Shown piece after piece: positions 9,254 through 18,910 of a DNA stretch of 31,859 nucleotides (position 1 is its first letter; each line of letters starts with the position of its first letter). Under the pieces are notes generated by a model. It worked only from the letters and a program-made list of their open reading frames with translations, searched no databases and was not told the origin of the DNA. The stretch comes from an uncultured archaeon (lineage in GTDB: Archaea; Asgardarchaeota; Heimdallarchaeia; Heimdallarchaeales; Kariarchaeaceae). The DNA lies in the NCBI GenBank assembly GCA_964645535.1, contig CAZYCQ010000037.1, positions 1 through 31,859 of the forward strand. The letters run 5' to 3'. A program made the translations under genes and the position numbers.

Positions 9254-10099
9254 TTACTCGATGTCGAAATTCTTTGCCATAAGTATCTTCCCCTCATCAA
9301 TCCTGTAACCTGTAATCCAATGGAGGAGTTTTGCCTCTTCGATGATTTCGATACCATTATCTGCGAAAAACTGGTTCAAATTCAGCACATCTCTTATAAG
9401 AAAGAGTTCTGCATGTGGGTGGGAATTAAGAACTGATTGGGAGACGTCAATAATATAGAATTGTTGGTTATCCTCTCTGAAGAGGATGTTGAATGGACTT
9501 AGATCTCCATGAACCAGTTTTGCCTCACGGTACATGATTTGAACCGCTTTCATGACGTCTTTGTAGAGTCTTGCATATGAATCAACCTTGGCTTCCACCA
9601 ATTTGGGGAGTGCATATTCTCCATCTCCCAAAAATTCCATGAGTAAGACGTTTCTTTCGACCTCAATCGGTTCTGGTACCGGGATCCCAACTTCCTTCAT
9701 TTTCTTCAGGTTTTTGAACTCCTTCTTTGCCCATGCTTGGATAAACCCTACCCTTGATTTCCTGTATGACTGAAATCGATGATCGCCTTCCACGTAGATC
9801 TTCATTTTTTTGAATGCAGGAGAGTTTATTCGATAAATCTTACAGGCAAGTGGGGGATTGCCGGGACAGTAGTAGACATTGGCTTCCTTTCCTGTAGAAA
9901 TTGCCCCTTCAATACCGTCGATCAATCCTTGCTGAAAAAACTTGTTGAGTATCTGAAGTGTTCTTTCATCAAAAACGGTTTCCACAGTGGAAAAAACTTC
10001 AGGATCAATTTTTCTCCGAAGATCCTCACTTATCTTTCCCTCTAGCTTTTCGATTGCCTCATCCTCAATGTCCATGGCATCTTTCTTTTTTTTTCCCAT
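9254..10099 (-). CDS. rio1: RIO1-family serine protein kinase/ATPase
   Basis: ISTGKEANVY, CKIY, WAKKEFKNL, LVHGDLSPFNIL, IIDVSQSV. Confidence 0.93.
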   Translation of the reverse strand: MGKKKKDAMDIEDEAIEKLEGKISEDLRRKIDPEVFSTVETVFDERTLQILNKFFQQGLIDGIEGAISTGKEANVYYCPGNPPLACKIYRINSPAFKKMKIYVEGDHRFQSYRKSRVGFIQAWAKKEFKNLKKMKEVGIPVPEPIEVERNVLLMEFLGDGEYALPKLVEAKVDSYARLYKDVMKAVQIMYREAKLVHGDLSPFNILFREDNQQFYIIDVSQSVLNSHPHAELFLIRDVLNLNQFFADNGIEIIEEAKLLHWITGYRIDEGKILMAKNFDIE

Positions 10100-10138
10100 T
10101 CAAGCTATTGACTTTCTTCATCCTAATAAAGATTCCAA

Positions 10139-10402
10139 TCAAAGGAGTTTGATCACACCTTTGTTCTGCTGTTCATCTAGGACTTTGAAAAAGGAAAGGA
10201 CAAATCCAAAGAAAGACAAAATCGTGACAACAGCTGATGCTCCTGTATAAAAGGCTGGAACAAATGATGCAGGGATCAGAACAAGGATCACTAGAACCGC
10301 ATAGATTGCCGCCGTATATCCGACCACCCTCAAGGCGGGACCAAAGGCTCTCCTCCATCCATTGAAATCCAGAAGGGTCTGGGAAGATGTTTCACTCATC
10401 AA
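10139..10402 (-). CDS. Small two-TM membrane protein
   Basis: 87-aa ORF with two hydrophobic segments, filling the gap between nmd3 and rio1 on the same strand. GAGG precedes the start. Confidence 0.65.
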   Translation of the reverse strand: MMSETSSQTLLDFNGWRRAFGPALRVVGYTAAIYAVLVILVLIPASFVPAFYTGASAVVTILSFFGFVLSFFKVLDEQQNKGVIKLL

Positions 10403-10434
10403 TCGACCTCAGTCCTTCTGGTATATCTCTTTTT

Positions 10435-11508
10435 TTACTTTGTCAAAAATAGCTTTCCATGCCATTCTAAAAATGTCAAGGTTTCCCCAATGGGGAGGTC
10501 AATCATGAAATCTGATGCAGGCACCTCGAAAATATGGTAGTCCGTCAGATCCATCAACTCATAAGATTGGGTTCCTTGGTCATAGGAGACGATAAGATAT
10601 TCCACTTTCCGAGGTAAAGGATCTGCATGCCTAATATGTTGCCAATCCTTGATAAGTAAGGGTTCTCCATTTTTTAAGTCAATGGCATCAACTCCTTGGG
10701 CATTGATTCCCCTGACTTTCAACAGTCGATCCTGCTGAACGATGAAATCTCCTCGAACTACCCCTGGTATTCTATAAAGGTAGGTTGTGGCATATTTTCG
10801 GATTCCGTCCTTGTCTTCACCTACTAATTTGAAATTTTTCTTCTCTTCTCCAATCCACTTTTTCTTGATCTCTGTAAGGATGTTTTCCGCAAGTAGACGT
10901 GATGCCAATTTCAAATCAAGACCATATCTTGTCTCAGAGAAGCCTACAACGAAAGACATAGGGTTATTGGGTTGGGTTCTTTGGACAATGTCTGTGACCA
11001 TCTGTTCAAACTCATTCATCTCCCAATCGGTCAATTGTCTGTTCATTGCTCGCATCTGGAAGGTGACATTTCCTCCTGATCGCTTGGTGGCACATGCTTT
11101 GCATGTTCCCCAATGAAACACAACTTCCGCAAAATGCTGTTCTTCATGAGGTGGGAAGACTTCAATTCTTGCATCCGATGCAGTTATTCTGACAGTCATT
11201 GATGGCTTCCCATCTTCCCAGCGGGGCTCGTTTTCTGCCTCTGCCCAAATCTCGACATCTGGATCATGATCGACCCAGCGATACATATTTTCAAGTACTG
11301 CTTCGATGGCTCGTTCCGGTGTATTTGAATTGGTCCATCCTGAAGGTAGCTGAACTGCCCAACATTCCAGACAAAGATTCAGCTCGATGCGCTCCGCTTT
11401 TAAGGTAACACTGCTGAACTCTTTCCAATAGCAATCTTCACAGAAAGATGTATGTAACGGAACGTTGCTCTTTCCGCAAACAGCGCAGAACGCACCTTTT
11501 TGTGTCAT
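10435..11508 (-). CDS. nmd3: NMD3-family large ribosomal subunit biogenesis protein
   Basis: Four CxxC pairs (CAVC, CEDC, CLEC, CKAC), FQMR, GLDLKL, KLVGED...TTYLYR, and C-terminal LMDLTDY OB-like region. Confidence 0.85.
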   Translation of the reverse strand: MTQKGAFCAVCGKSNVPLHTSFCEDCYWKEFSSVTLKAERIELNLCLECWAVQLPSGWTNSNTPERAIEAVLENMYRWVDHDPDVEIWAEAENEPRWEDGKPSMTVRITASDARIEVFPPHEEQHFAEVVFHWGTCKACATKRSGGNVTFQMRAMNRQLTDWEMNEFEQMVTDIVQRTQPNNPMSFVVGFSETRYGLDLKLASRLLAENILTEIKKKWIGEEKKNFKLVGEDKDGIRKYATTYLYRIPGVVRGDFIVQQDRLLKVRGINAQGVDAIDLKNGEPLLIKDWQHIRHADPLPRKVEYLIVSYDQGTQSYELMDLTDYHIFEVPASDFMIDLPIGETLTFLEWHGKLFLTK

Positions 11509-11546
11509 GTCTGATTGCTCTAGGTGAATTCATGTGATTTTAACTT

Positions 11547-12317
11547 TTACAAAGTTTTGTTCTTCAATCCGTGAAATTTCGGTGCTCCAAAATAGGCCAA
11601 TGCTCCACTTACTACGGTTGCCACGGCAACAAAAGCAATTTCAAAAGGAGTATTGTCGGTTCCCAATTCACCAACTTTCAATTCAAAAAAGATTTTTCCG
11701 CCGATGTCCCTATTGATGAAGACATCCGCTGAATGTGGTGGTTGGTCATCCCAAAATGCAACCATTACTTGATAGGTGTCTCCTTCCTTTAGGTTGATAT
11801 CATATCCATTAGTATCTCCGGAATCCAATGGCTTGGAGAATTCCACAATGATTGTTCCATTCTGTGCACCAATTGTTCCTTCTGCATCGTCTCTTCCTCC
11901 ATTTTCCGTATCTTCATAAACCTTGAAGGTATGGGTATAGAAATCAACAGCTTTCTTTTCGAAATAGTTAACCAAGACCATGTCATCAGGTGATGCAAGA
12001 GAGCCATGAATCGCGTTGTCGCCGTTTCTATCAAACTCAATTCCAAAATAATCATGGGGTTGAGATGGATCCAATTGGATCTCATCTCCCGGACCATTGT
12101 GGGGGATTTCTGCCAAAAAATATGCCCGTTCTTTAGTGTAGATTATGGAAAGTTTCATTGTTACTCCATTTGTCAGTTGGATGTCAATTGTTTCACTATC
12201 GGCCCATTCTCCATTTTCAACCTTTCCGTCAAGATTGGGTAAGGCAGATGCTTGGGTACTTCCTTGCAAAAGCATGAGATTAATTACAAAAAGGAAGAGA
12301 AAGACCTTTTTCATCAA
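11547..12317 (-). CDS. Membrane-anchored exported DOMON/EB_dh-like domain protein (possible heme b binding)
   Basis: Signal peptide, PNLDGKVENGEW, DDMV, VEFSKPLDSGDTNGYDI, AFWD...H, and a C-terminal TM anchor. Confidence 0.7.
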   Translation of the reverse strand: MMKKVFLFLFVINLMLLQGSTQASALPNLDGKVENGEWADSETIDIQLTNGVTMKLSIIYTKERAYFLAEIPHNGPGDEIQLDPSQPHDYFGIEFDRNGDNAIHGSLASPDDMVLVNYFEKKAVDFYTHTFKVYEDTENGGRDDAEGTIGAQNGTIIVEFSKPLDSGDTNGYDINLKEGDTYQVMVAFWDDQPPHSADVFINRDIGGKIFFELKVGELGTDNTPFEIAFVAVATVVSGALAYFGAPKFHGLKNKTL

Positions 12318-12356
12318 GCCAATTCAACATTAAGCCTTAAAGGATGTTTGCTAAAG

Positions 12357-14333
12357 TCACACTTCAACAGCCAACATTCTCTTGAGATCTTTGATTTTGT
12401 CCCTTAATTGGGCTGCAAGTTCAAATTCCAGTTTTTCTGCGGCTTGGTTCATCTGTATGGTCAATTCCTCGATAAGGACATTTACATCCTCAGTCTTCAT
12501 CTCATCTACATTTGGCAATTCCACTTTAGTGGTCTTCAATTCCTCGATATCATCAAGTACACTCTTGAGACCCTTTACCACGGTCTTCGGGGTGATGTTA
12601 TGTTCCTTATTGTATCGGATCTGGATTCTTCGTCTTCTGTTCACTTCATCAATCGCCTGTCTCATGTTATCAGTAATCTTATCTGCATAAAGGATGACCT
12701 TTCCTTCGACATTCCTTGCCGCCCTACCCATGGTTTGGATAAGGCTTCTTTTTGAACGGAGGAACCCTTCCTTGTCTGCGTCAAGAATTGCTACAAGAGT
12801 AACTTCTGGGAGATCAAGACCTTCCCGAAGCAGATTGATTCCAACAATTACGTCTATCTCCCCTTTTCTCAAATCTTGAAGGATTTGAACCCTTTCAAGG
12901 GAATCTACATCACTATGCAAGTGTGATGCCTTTATCCCCATATCCAATAGATATTCTGCCAATTGTTCTGCCATTCTTTTGGTCAATGTAGTCACCAATG
13001 TCCTTTGTCCCTTCTGCACTCGTTTCTGGATTTCGTTGATAACATCGTCTATCTGATTCTCGGTCTTTCTGACATCAATTTCCGGTTCTGTTAATCCTGT
13101 CGGTCGGATGATTTGTTCCACAACCAACTGGGATTTTTGTAATTCATAGTCTCCTGGCGTAGCGCTCATGAAAAGCGTATATGGCATTCGCCGTTCAAAT
13201 TCCTCGAATCTAAGTGGTCGATTGTCATAAGCTGTCGGTAACCTGAATCCATAATTAACGAGACTTTTCTTTCTGCTGAAATCTCCACCATACATTCCTC
13301 GAAGCTGGGGAATGGTAACATGGCTCTCATCAATAATGAGCAGGAAATCTTTTGGGAAGTGGTCTATGAGGGTAAACGGTGGATCTCCCGGACTTCTTCC
13401 CTCAAAATGCAAAGAATAGTTTTCAATCCCGGAACAATACCCAAATTCTTCCAATTGTTCCAAATCATAGTTGGTGCGTTGGAGTAGTCGTTGTGCCTCT
13501 GCGATTTTGCCCATGGAAAGGAGTTCTTCATATCGTTGGTTCAATTCTTCCCTAATAGATCTGATTCCTCTTTCCAATGCCTGTTGCTGCGTGAGATATT
13601 GTGCACCGGGGAAAATGCGGACTTCATCAAGTTCTGCAAGTTTGTGGCCTGTCTTGGGATCCTTCAAAGTTATTCTCTCAATCTCGTCCCCAAAGAACTC
13701 GATCTGAATGGTTTCGTCTTGATAGATGGGGAACAGTTCCACAATGTCTCCTTTAGCTCGGAATGTTTTTGGTTTAAGCTCATACTCATTTCTTCTATAT
13801 TGAAGCTCTACTAATTTCCTGAGCAATTGATCCCTTTCCATCTCCATCCCTACATGAAGATCAAGAGCCATGCTTCTGTATACTTCCGGTATACCTACGC
13901 CATATATTGCCGAAACTGTTGCAACCACGATTACATCATCCCTTTCGGCCAATGATCGCGTGGTTGAGTTTCTTAACTTCTCTATTTGCTCATTTATACT
14001 GAAATCCTTGCTAATGTACAAATCCTTTGTTGGAAGATATGCTTCCGGTTGGTAGTAATCATAGAAGCTTACAAAGTATTCGACTTTTGCCTCTGGAAAG
14101 AATTCTCGGTATTCTGCATAGAGTTGTGCTGCCAATGTTTTGTTGTGGGCAATCACAAGGGTGGGCAGTCCCACCCTTTCAATGATGTGGGAGGAAACAA
14201 ACGTTTTTCCACTCCCTGTAACGCCTAGAAGGGTCTGGAACTTATTTCCATTAAGAAATCCCTCGGATAGTTTTTCAATGGCCGTGATTTGATCTCCCAT
14301 AGGTTCAAAGGGTGCATGGACTTTCAGGGGCAT
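12357..14333 (-). CDS. uvrB: Excinuclease ABC subunit B
   Basis: GVTGSGKT, HNKTLAAQLY, FVSFYDYYQPEAY, IIDESH, GINLLREGLDLPEV, QTMGRAARN, and C-terminal UVR domain LEFELAAQLRD. Confidence 0.98.
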   Translation of the reverse strand: MPLKVHAPFEPMGDQITAIEKLSEGFLNGNKFQTLLGVTGSGKTFVSSHIIERVGLPTLVIAHNKTLAAQLYAEYREFFPEAKVEYFVSFYDYYQPEAYLPTKDLYISKDFSINEQIEKLRNSTTRSLAERDDVIVVATVSAIYGVGIPEVYRSMALDLHVGMEMERDQLLRKLVELQYRRNEYELKPKTFRAKGDIVELFPIYQDETIQIEFFGDEIERITLKDPKTGHKLAELDEVRIFPGAQYLTQQQALERGIRSIREELNQRYEELLSMGKIAEAQRLLQRTNYDLEQLEEFGYCSGIENYSLHFEGRSPGDPPFTLIDHFPKDFLLIIDESHVTIPQLRGMYGGDFSRKKSLVNYGFRLPTAYDNRPLRFEEFERRMPYTLFMSATPGDYELQKSQLVVEQIIRPTGLTEPEIDVRKTENQIDDVINEIQKRVQKGQRTLVTTLTKRMAEQLAEYLLDMGIKASHLHSDVDSLERVQILQDLRKGEIDVIVGINLLREGLDLPEVTLVAILDADKEGFLRSKRSLIQTMGRAARNVEGKVILYADKITDNMRQAIDEVNRRRRIQIRYNKEHNITPKTVVKGLKSVLDDIEELKTTKVELPNVDEMKTEDVNVLIEELTIQMNQAAEKLEFELAAQLRDKIKDLKRMLAVEV

Positions 14334-14393
14334 TATCTCATTTCCAATCTCAAATTACCTTTAATTGCCTTACGTAAGGAGACCTAACTACAA

Positions 14394-15533
14394 CTAAAGA
14401 GGAGGGACTGTCTGTGAAAGGTTTGCAACAAGAAGTATTGCAGAAATTGCATAGATCAATCTTTTCCGTTGTTTTCCAAGGGTGGGAAATATAGTGTCAA
14501 GTAGTTTTTGGCCATCTGAAAAGGGAACCGGCAAGAAGTTGTAGAATGCAAGGAAAAGATTCACATTCAGCAACCACTGAACAAATAATGTGAAATAGAA
14601 TGGAGTGACCGACACAGCTCCTGTAATCTTTCCCACATAATGGTGGTAGACCGTTGCTCCAATTGTCGAACCATTTGGAAAGAGCTTGTTTTGTGCCGTC
14701 GTCAGCACAAAATTCCCAAAATTGGTTGTCAATTCAATAAGGCTTTCCGGTGGTGTCTGCCGCAGGTAATTTATAAGGTCATAATACGTTGTAATAATTT
14801 CCGAATTGGTTCTGATCTGACCAAAAAGAGTTGAAATGCCGGTGATGACCGTTCCAGAAGTGATGTTTGCTTTCTCTGCTGGTCCTAGTGGATAGACGGC
14901 TATCACCAAAGCACCCGGTCTCTTTTCATAACCTATCGCGGTGATCTGATCCGAGAAAACCGCTATTGGTATAATGAAGGTCACCATCAATAAGTTTGCA
15001 AGTATCCCTCCAATGATAATGATGGTTTTTGTTCGTCTTGGAATTGATGGAAATGATGCTTTTGGGAATTGTGTAAATGCCACTGCAAAAAAACCAAGAA
15101 TACCTATCCCTATTGTTTCCACCTCTTCCCCCATTGCAAATGCAATGGCTGCATGTGCAATCTCATGGACAATCAGTGCAATGAAAAGGCTGGTGCCGAA
15201 AAGAAGCAGGTTTTCGAGGGTCAATGCAGTAATAGGAACTGCGGACAATATGGGGGCCTTAGAGATGAAAAGATTTACTATTAGCGATATCGGAAGGGCA
15301 ATGAATATTGCCAATCCCAATGCAGTAATTGTTCGTTCGGCTTTTTTCAAGGGTTTTTCCAATCGTTCTCCAATCCAAAAAGCAAGGTCGCCCAATTTAT
15401 CTATCTTCAAAAGGATAAACAGTGGTGAAACGTACACGCCAAATTTCTTCAAATCTACAAAATTTGCAGCAGTGAGCATCACTAACCAAAAAATGGTCAA
15501 TACAATCAGGAACGAGAGGAAGGAGATTGACAC
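14394..15533 (-). CDS. Site-2 protease (M50 metallopeptidase) with PDZ-like insert
   Basis: HEIAH, GGILAN, NFLPVPFSDG, PDZ-like GALVIAVYPLGPAEKANI, and multiple TM segments. Confidence 0.9.
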   Translation of the reverse strand: MSISFLSFLIVLTIFWLVMLTAANFVDLKKFGVYVSPLFILLKIDKLGDLAFWIGERLEKPLKKAERTITALGLAIFIALPISLIVNLFISKAPILSAVPITALTLENLLLFGTSLFIALIVHEIAHAAIAFAMGEEVETIGIGILGFFAVAFTQFPKASFPSIPRRTKTIIIIGGILANLLMVTFIIPIAVFSDQITAIGYEKRPGALVIAVYPLGPAEKANITSGTVITGISTLFGQIRTNSEIITTYYDLINYLRQTPPESLIELTTNFGNFVLTTAQNKLFPNGSTIGATVYHHYVGKITGAVSVTPFYFTLFVQWLLNVNLFLAFYNFLPVPFSDGQKLLDTIFPTLGKQRKRLIYAISAILLVANLSQTVPPL

Positions 15534-15590
15534 AATCCTCCTACTTCCCCAGACCTATATGAATTTAGGTGGTGTCGCATGTATTTGCAA

Positions 15591-16442
15591 TCATTTTTCT
15601 ATACGTTTACTGTCGAGATAGGCACTAAAAATCAGCAAACCGAGAACAATTAGGTTGGTTACCAACAATGAATAAATTCCCAACGGTATCACCTTGGAAA
15701 CCGCTGCATCAAGCTCTTCATAGAAAAAGAGCCGTATTGATGAACCATTGAGAATTAAGGCGATCTGAATAAGGGAGATCAATGTTCCTAGAGCACCATA
15801 GAAAAAAGCAACTACGATAAATACTTTCTTCAAAGGCTCCATCGTTATTTCGGTAGTCTCAACCTTGGCCATCAACCTATCAATTTCACCAACTAACTCC
15901 TCCTCCTTCAATGAGGATGGTGTCTTTTCTGATTCTTCTTGTTTGACAGGTACGGTCTCTTCTTTGGCCTTTTCATTGGATATCTCCTCCGATTCAATTT
16001 TTTCAGTTTGCTTTTTAGTTTCTTCCGGCAATTGTTCCGTTTCCTGATCTGTAGATGGTTCTTCCTCTTCAACTAATGGTTCCTTTTCTTTATCGTCTTC
16101 TTTTTGTTGTGTCTCGGTCAATTCTGATGGCATTTGAGTCTGCGTTTCCGCCTTTTCTTTTATTTCAGGTTCATCGTGTTTTTCCTCTTCTTTTTGCGCT
16201 ATTTGTACTTCTGTTTCTTTCTCCTCTTTTATCACAGGTTCTGTTTCTTCACTTTGATTCATGTTTGCATCATTCTGTTGCTGATCCGTCTTCATGTGTT
16301 CTCTATTCTCAATGTCTTCTGGAAGTTCCACTTTCTCTTTTTCTTGACCTGAATTCTGGCTGTTTTCTGTCTTTTCCTTCTCAACACTTTCTTCCATTGG
16401 ACGATGCTCTTCCTCATTGTTTCTTTCAGAATCCAAATCCAT
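15591..16442 (-). CDS. Protein with long acidic low-complexity N-terminus and C-terminal two-TM hairpin
   Basis: About 200 aa rich in E/K/Q/T, then two hydrophobic helices. Confidence 0.8.
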   Translation of the reverse strand: MDLDSERNNEEEHRPMEESVEKEKTENSQNSGQEKEKVELPEDIENREHMKTDQQQNDANMNQSEETEPVIKEEKETEVQIAQKEEEKHDEPEIKEKAETQTQMPSELTETQQKEDDKEKEPLVEEEEPSTDQETEQLPEETKKQTEKIESEEISNEKAKEETVPVKQEESEKTPSSLKEEELVGEIDRLMAKVETTEITMEPLKKVFIVVAFFYGALGTLISLIQIALILNGSSIRLFFYEELDAAVSKVIPLGIYSLLVTNLIVLGLLIFSAYLDSKRIEK

Positions 16443-16550
16443 TATACCTTTTGATCACTTCCACAAAATAAAGTTTGTCCGAATAAGTTGGCAGATATGG
16501 TAAATCACATTAGCAATAGATACATAAATTAGGAAAACGAGGATGATCAA

Positions 16551-17300
16551 ATGAGTAAAATCCAAGACCTTCTTGATCGGTTGAATGATCCAGAAGAAGA
16601 CCCTTGGAAAAGGGCTGAAGCAGCTTTGGAACTTGGGGATTGGGGAGATGAAACAGTGATCCCCCACCTCATCAAAAACTTGAAGGAAGCCAACCATGAT
16701 TTCATTAGAAGAGACTGTGCTGAAGCTCTTGGACTTTTAGAGATCCCTTCCCCTGAAGTTATAGAGGCTCTGATCGAAGCAACAAAAAACGACCCGTTTA
16801 GATATACCCGCAATGAAGCTGCTGAAGCGCTTGGAAAACTTGAAGCTTCAGAAGCTATCCCTTCCCTCCTGGAAATGCTGAAGACCGAACCTTGGGATTT
16901 CGGTCGAGCCAGTGCAGCTCTTGCTTTGGCAGAAATCGGGGATAATTCTGTGGTTCCCCAAATCATTGAACAGGTCGAAAAGGAAGAGGAATTTTATGTG
17001 AGGAGAGACATGCTGATTGCCTTAAAAAAATTCAGGGACAAACGTGCTGTTCCGCTTTTCATCAAACTTTTATCCAGCGACCCCAATTGGGAAGTGAGAA
17101 AACAGGCTGCCGACAATCTTGGCTGGCTTGCCACTCCAGAAGGACTTGAAGCGCTTGTGACTGGTCTTAAACAAGACCCTCATCTGTTGGTTAGAAAGGA
17201 ATGTGAAAATGCTCTGATCCGAATTGCAGGAGACAATCGTATTCCTTGGACAAGTGCAGAAGACCTTCTAGCGAAGAAGGATTTGATTCAATTCGTTTAA
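16551..17300 (+). CDS. HEAT (PBS-lyase-like) repeat protein
   Basis: About seven units of the form R-x-x-AA-x-ALG (RAEAALELG, RRDCAEALG, RNEAAEALG, RASAALALA, RKQAADNLG). Confidence 0.9.
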   Translation: MSKIQDLLDRLNDPEEDPWKRAEAALELGDWGDETVIPHLIKNLKEANHDFIRRDCAEALGLLEIPSPEVIEALIEATKNDPFRYTRNEAAEALGKLEASEAIPSLLEMLKTEPWDFGRASAALALAEIGDNSVVPQIIEQVEKEEEFYVRRDMLIALKKFRDKRAVPLFIKLLSSDPNWEVRKQAADNLGWLATPEGLEALVTGLKQDPHLLVRKECENALIRIAGDNRIPWTSAEDLLAKKDLIQFV

Positions 17301-17605
17301 CCTCTTAATTTACGCGTCAAAACCTCAAGCAATTTCATTTCATCTTCTGAAACACCGTCTGATTCCTTTGCCAAGTCCCATGACGATTGAATCAATTGTT
17401 CCTTGATTCCGTCCAGAAGCTCCTTTTCTTCTTGGGTGATAATTCCATCCTCCAAGGCTTCATTCAGTGCTTGGTCATAAAGCATTAAATTAACCTGTGC
17501 TTCAACAAGAAGGGCCTCTTCTTCTTCAGTGATTTTTCCATCTGCTTTGGCCATTTTGGTAAGTTGCTCAATAATTTTGCTGAAGATTTCGTCATCCGTT
17601 GCCAT
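17297..17605 (-). CDS. Small acidic helical protein, TerB-like
   Basis: MAKADGKITEEE, EDGIITQEE, SDGVSEDE. The ATG at 17605 (MATDDEIF) is preferred over the ORF-track start at 17677. Confidence 0.65.
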   Translation of the reverse strand: MATDDEIFSKIIEQLTKMAKADGKITEEEEALLVEAQVNLMLYDQALNEALEDGIITQEEKELLDGIKEQLIQSSWDLAKESDGVSEDEMKLLEVLTRKLRG

Positions 17606-17772
17606 AGTGGAATTTGGTATATTCCTTCCTAAAAACCTTTCTCTCTTCATAGGGGGTGTAACTTGATTATTCTTCAATCATTCTTTTTCTGGTTCATTCT
17701 TCAATTCTTCAATTTACTCATGAGGAAGAAGAAATAAAATATTTTATATTCTTAAAATGGAACCACGACATA

Positions 17773-18846
17773 ATGACAGATAACGGAATTTCTGTCCTCG
17801 TCAATGGGACAGGTACTATCGGTGAACCGTTGATCTCCCTTCTTTTAGGTGTCAAAGACAAAATAGGAATCGACGAGGTTGTTTTCTATAAACATACTCC
17901 CCGTCTGACCGACAGGCCAATGTTGCAAGACCTTATTCGAAGGGGTGGGAAACTTTGTGTTGAAGAATCAAAAAGGAAAGAATTTGAGGAACTCGGAGTA
18001 GATGTAAGCTATTCCTTTTCAGAAGCCCTAGAATCTGTCGATGTGGTTGCTGATGCAACAAAAGAGGGTGTTGGACTTCGAAATAAGCAAGAATTCTACT
18101 CCAAGGTTGAAGATAAGGTCAAAGGATTTCTTGCACAAGGCTCCGAGGCAGAATTCGGAACCATCTACGCAAGCGGGATCAATGATGAGATTTTCATCTC
18201 TGCAAACTCCCCTCCGAAATATGTACAAATCGCCTCCTGCAACACCCATGCTTCTGCTGCTGCCGTCAAACATTTCGGGTTTTTGAAGGGAAACATTGTG
18301 AAACGTGTCAATCTGACTCTCATACGGCGAGCAAGCGATGTTTCACAAGAAAAAAGTGTTCCTGCTCCGACAGTCACTGGATACAAATATGGTGATTTCG
18401 GAACCCATCATGCAAAGGATGTCTACAGGCTGTTCGAAACCTTGGGTCACGACCTTGACATTTTCAGCAGCGCCATGAAAGTCAATACACAATATATGCA
18501 CAGTCTTCAAGGTCATTTTGAAATGGAAAAACCTGTTACGCGTGAAGAAATCCTTGAGATTATTGAAAATACTCCCCAATTGGCGGGCACTGAAAAGACC
18601 AGCGTTAATCGTGTTTTCTCCTTTGGTCGTGACCATGGTTATTATGGACGGATTTTGAACCAATTGGTCGTCGTTAAACCTTCAATAAAAGTTACAAAGA
18701 ATCATCTCTACTTTTGGGGTTTTGTCCCACAAGATGGAAATTCCATCCTTAGTTCCGTCCAAGCCATCCTCTATTATCTCTACGAGGTCGACGAGGCTCA
18801 TGAGATGATGCATGTTTTCGACAGATGGATCTTTAACGAAGTATAG
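17773..18846 (+). CDS. Divergent archaeal-type (type II) glyceraldehyde-3-phosphate dehydrogenase-like oxidoreductase
   Basis: NGTGTIG Rossmann motif, catalytic ASCNTH, RRASD, HHAKDV and YMH match the type II GAPDH layout. Confidence 0.75.
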   Translation: MTDNGISVLVNGTGTIGEPLISLLLGVKDKIGIDEVVFYKHTPRLTDRPMLQDLIRRGGKLCVEESKRKEFEELGVDVSYSFSEALESVDVVADATKEGVGLRNKQEFYSKVEDKVKGFLAQGSEAEFGTIYASGINDEIFISANSPPKYVQIASCNTHASAAAVKHFGFLKGNIVKRVNLTLIRRASDVSQEKSVPAPTVTGYKYGDFGTHHAKDVYRLFETLGHDLDIFSSAMKVNTQYMHSLQGHFEMEKPVTREEILEIIENTPQLAGTEKTSVNRVFSFGRDHGYYGRILNQLVVVKPSIKVTKNHLYFWGFVPQDGNSILSSVQAILYYLYEVDEAHEMMHVFDRWIFNEV

Positions 18847-18910
18847 GATTTAGACAATTTTCCTTATCATATGGACAATATTTATTATCACTGAAAACCA
18901 ATTTACATCA

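Noticed and set aside
14974-15621. 215-aa plus-strand ORF, and similar antisense ORFs such as 4611-5009, 20127-20666 and 24036-24539
   Set aside because: They lie opposite motif-supported genes and have no independent coding evidence.
17606-17677. N-terminal extension of the TerB-like ORF from the ORF track
   Set aside because: It lies in the divergent promoter region and is atypical in composition. The ATG at 17605 is more plausible.
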